A stretch of DNA of 64,000 nt, taken from positions 4,424,101-4,488,100 of the forward strand of contig NC_092677.1 of assembly GCF_964355755.1 (NCBI RefSeq), written 5' to 3'. The DNA comes from Antedon mediterranea (Eukaryota > Animalia > Echinodermata). The notes beneath the pieces were generated by a model. The model was not told the origin of the DNA and ran no database searches. It saw nothing but the letters and a program-made list of their open reading frames with translations. This document shows, piece after piece, positions 63,366-64,000 of this stretch. Position 1 is the first letter of the stretch. Each line of letters starts with the position of its first letter. The position numbers and the translations under genes were made by a program.

Positions 63366-64000
63366 TGTAACCTTGACGTCACGTGCGGTTCTGGGAGTCA
63401 AAACGAATTAAACGCGTTCACAAAGGTATAGATATAAATAATGTTTATTCAACACGGCAATGAAACGAACGATTTGACAAATTGGTAAAACGATTGGTTG
63501 AATGGTCGAACAATTGGTTGAGCACACAATGGATAGATGTTGAACGAACACACAGCAGTGGAACGAACGATAGATCGAACGGTTTAAACTGTAAATTAAT
63601 GGATAATTAAAGCCGTCATTGTAATTAAATAATCAATTGGTATAACAATTGGAACATCTAAGCTAAATAGCTCAACAATCATATTAAACTAGATTTATAG
63701 AAAATGATCGATTCATCATTACTGTATTACCATTACTTCAATTTAACAGTAGGCCTAGCCTAGGCCTAGATTATAGTATAATTGAGTCAGTAATTTGTAA
63801 TTATCTAGTAGGCTACAGTTAAATGATACAAAAGATTATATTATCTAAATATAAAGCATCCTAAACTTACATCTGTTTCTTCACCAGAACCTATAGATTA
63901 CAGTACATATTTTTAACTATCAGTGTATTTATCTAGGCTATGAACTATCCCAAAGAACAACTCTGAGAAAATCTGCCCGTTACTATGGCAATCTGACCTT
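63366..64000 (-). repeat. 5' LTR of the BEL/Pao element (cut by the window edge)
   Basis: Matches 56895-57529; I see one mismatch (gcatcataaac vs gcatcctaaac). Confidence 0.95.

Larger units (their letters stand above)
56895..64000 (-). mobile_element. BEL/Pao LTR retrotransposon, recent insertion, defective
   Basis: The 3' LTR is 56895-57601 (TG..CA) and the 5' LTR starts at 63366 and runs past 64000. The PPT GGGGCCGGAA is at 57611-57602. The element encodes gag with three Cys/His knuckles, protease FLDSGS, RT YVDD, RNase H HHFSDAS and integrase. Confidence 0.96.

Overview
AT-rich, intron-containing animal genomic DNA, most likely an invertebrate deuterostome such as an echinoderm (inference from gene and repeat content). 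In order, the window holds: (1) the 5' part of an Academ-like DNA transposon (1-2582, minus strand); (2) two intact, tandem 18-exon DEG/ENaC (ASIC-superfamily) channel genes (3942-15124, ~824 aa; 16928-29893, ~839 aa); (3) two tandem SLC47/MATE transporter genes (34835-42323 complete; 43831-50439 continuing past the window), with acidic proton-coupling residues apparently displaced or lost; (4) a nested transposon stack in intron 9 of the second MATE gene, comprising a decayed DIRS tyrosine-recombinase retroelement, a CAGG-TIR element, a Deu/Nin-type tRNA SINE and a very young but defective BEL/Pao LTR element; and (5) many MITEs and minisatellites. The main finding is that both channel genes carry seven LDL-receptor class A (LDLa) modules, on six symmetric phase-1 exons, spliced in frame into the extracellular finger region. 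This makes them receptor-like ion channels, and I know of no functional description of this architecture. Exon models were assembled by hand from splice sites, reading phase and paralog comparison. No database search was possible, so novelty claims are unverified.
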